A stretch of DNA of 64,000 bases from Pavona decussata (lineage: Eukaryota): assembly GCA_977016875.1 (NCBI GenBank), contig CDRNST010000035.1, forward strand, positions 1,054,001 through 1,118,000, in the 5' to 3' direction. Made by a program: the position numbers and the translations under genes. Positions 63,001 through 64,000 of the stretch are shown in pieces. Numbering within the stretch: the first letter of the stretch is position 1; every line of letters begins with the position of its first letter. A model generated the notes under the pieces. The model worked only from the letters and a program-made list of their open reading frames with translations. It did not search any database and was not told the DNA's origin.

Positions 63001-64000
63001 CTAACCAATTATAATTATGAAAAGATGTGATAAAATAAAGGAAAATAGAGGTATCGGCGCGTTCAATCACTGTGCCCCTCAACATGTGCGTTTCGCTTTT
63101 TTTCTTTTTCTGCCTCAAGTAGTCGATTTTTGTTCTAGAAGTTATGCAGTAATTTGCATGTTGTTTAGACTGCCTTGACGGGAAAAAACCCTCGCGAGAT
63201 AAGCTGTCAAACACAGCCGAACAAGCGACTACAAGCCTAGAAATGATGTTTTCATTGGTCCGATATATGCTGCTTTTTAAATAGGATATTGTTTTGACCT
63301 GTCGCCTATTGTTTTAAGAGCCAATCGCGTGCCTCCCTGGGGTGAGAGGTAGACTGACTTTGTATTATCATATTCAGTTTATCGAATTTTTTTAACGCTC
63401 GAGGAATTTATATTTGTAAGTCGAAGACAAATATTCCCTTTGTATTTTGTTCGCTTTTTGTTTCGCACAGATAATCATATATTTTCAGAGCGCTTGTAAG
63501 AATCGAATAAATTTGACAAAGTGCATTAAAGGAAAGATCTATTGAGCCGAGAAACACAGCGTCATTTTAGGCATTTGATTCTTTGGAGGTTATAATAGAA
63601 AGTATTCATCCTTACAGTTGGAGATTTGCTTAGGCAAGCAACTCTAGTTTCAATTTCGAGTAATGGGCGCGACAGTTAAGAAAATAGGGCATTGTCCCTT
63701 TAATTTCGATAGTTCAAACAACAGTAAGGCACGTCACCAATATGATGAATATTAATAACTTGCACACTTCCTAGAAAACACCGATTGAAACCGGAAGTGG
63801 AGCTACACAAGGTAAATTACGGTTACTTCACCGCTTGCTTAATTGGTTCCGTTGAGAAATAATAACTGATCTGTAGTAGAAAATACATATTTATGACCTA
63901 AAAATAAGAGGTGAAAGTAACTGTTTCGAAATTTCAATTGGTTTCGCTATGACATGAATAAAAAGTGAAAATTATTTGGGCGTTTTCTGAGAATTCGACC

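Overview
Eukaryotic, AT-rich, repeat-rich animal DNA with spliceosomal GT-AG introns and two assembly gaps. The repeat landscape suggests an anthozoan such as a stony coral (inference). There are no prokaryotic features. The ORF track misses the real genes because they are multi-exon. (1) 2.4-36.6 kb, minus strand: a tandem family of three small 3-exon genes (111-120 aa) that I cannot assign to a named family. Each has an N-terminal di-cysteine CCGL amphipathic leader, TRAF-binding-type motifs (PVQCT, PIQCT, PDECTE) and a conserved C-terminal FKLK[VI]QVEV[TI]P strand. The third gene has four tandem, intact, same-phase candidate first exons, each with its own E-box promoter, feeding one shared pair of constant exons. 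(2) 38.6-46.3 kb: head-to-head PTRH1 (peptidyl-tRNA hydrolase) and DNLZ (Zim17/Hep1), with start codons only 57 bp apart. (3) 49.2-60.1 kb: two 3-exon MAVS/RIG-I-type CARD-only genes (128 and 121 aa) with kB- and IRF-like promoter motifs. The rest is LINE fragments, tRNA-derived SINEs, PIF/Harbinger-type MITEs and microsatellites. The best candidate for an undescribed system is an innate-immune locus combining variable-leader, probably lipid-anchored TRAF adaptors with CARD-only proteins. All gene models were spliced by hand and have no transcript support yet.
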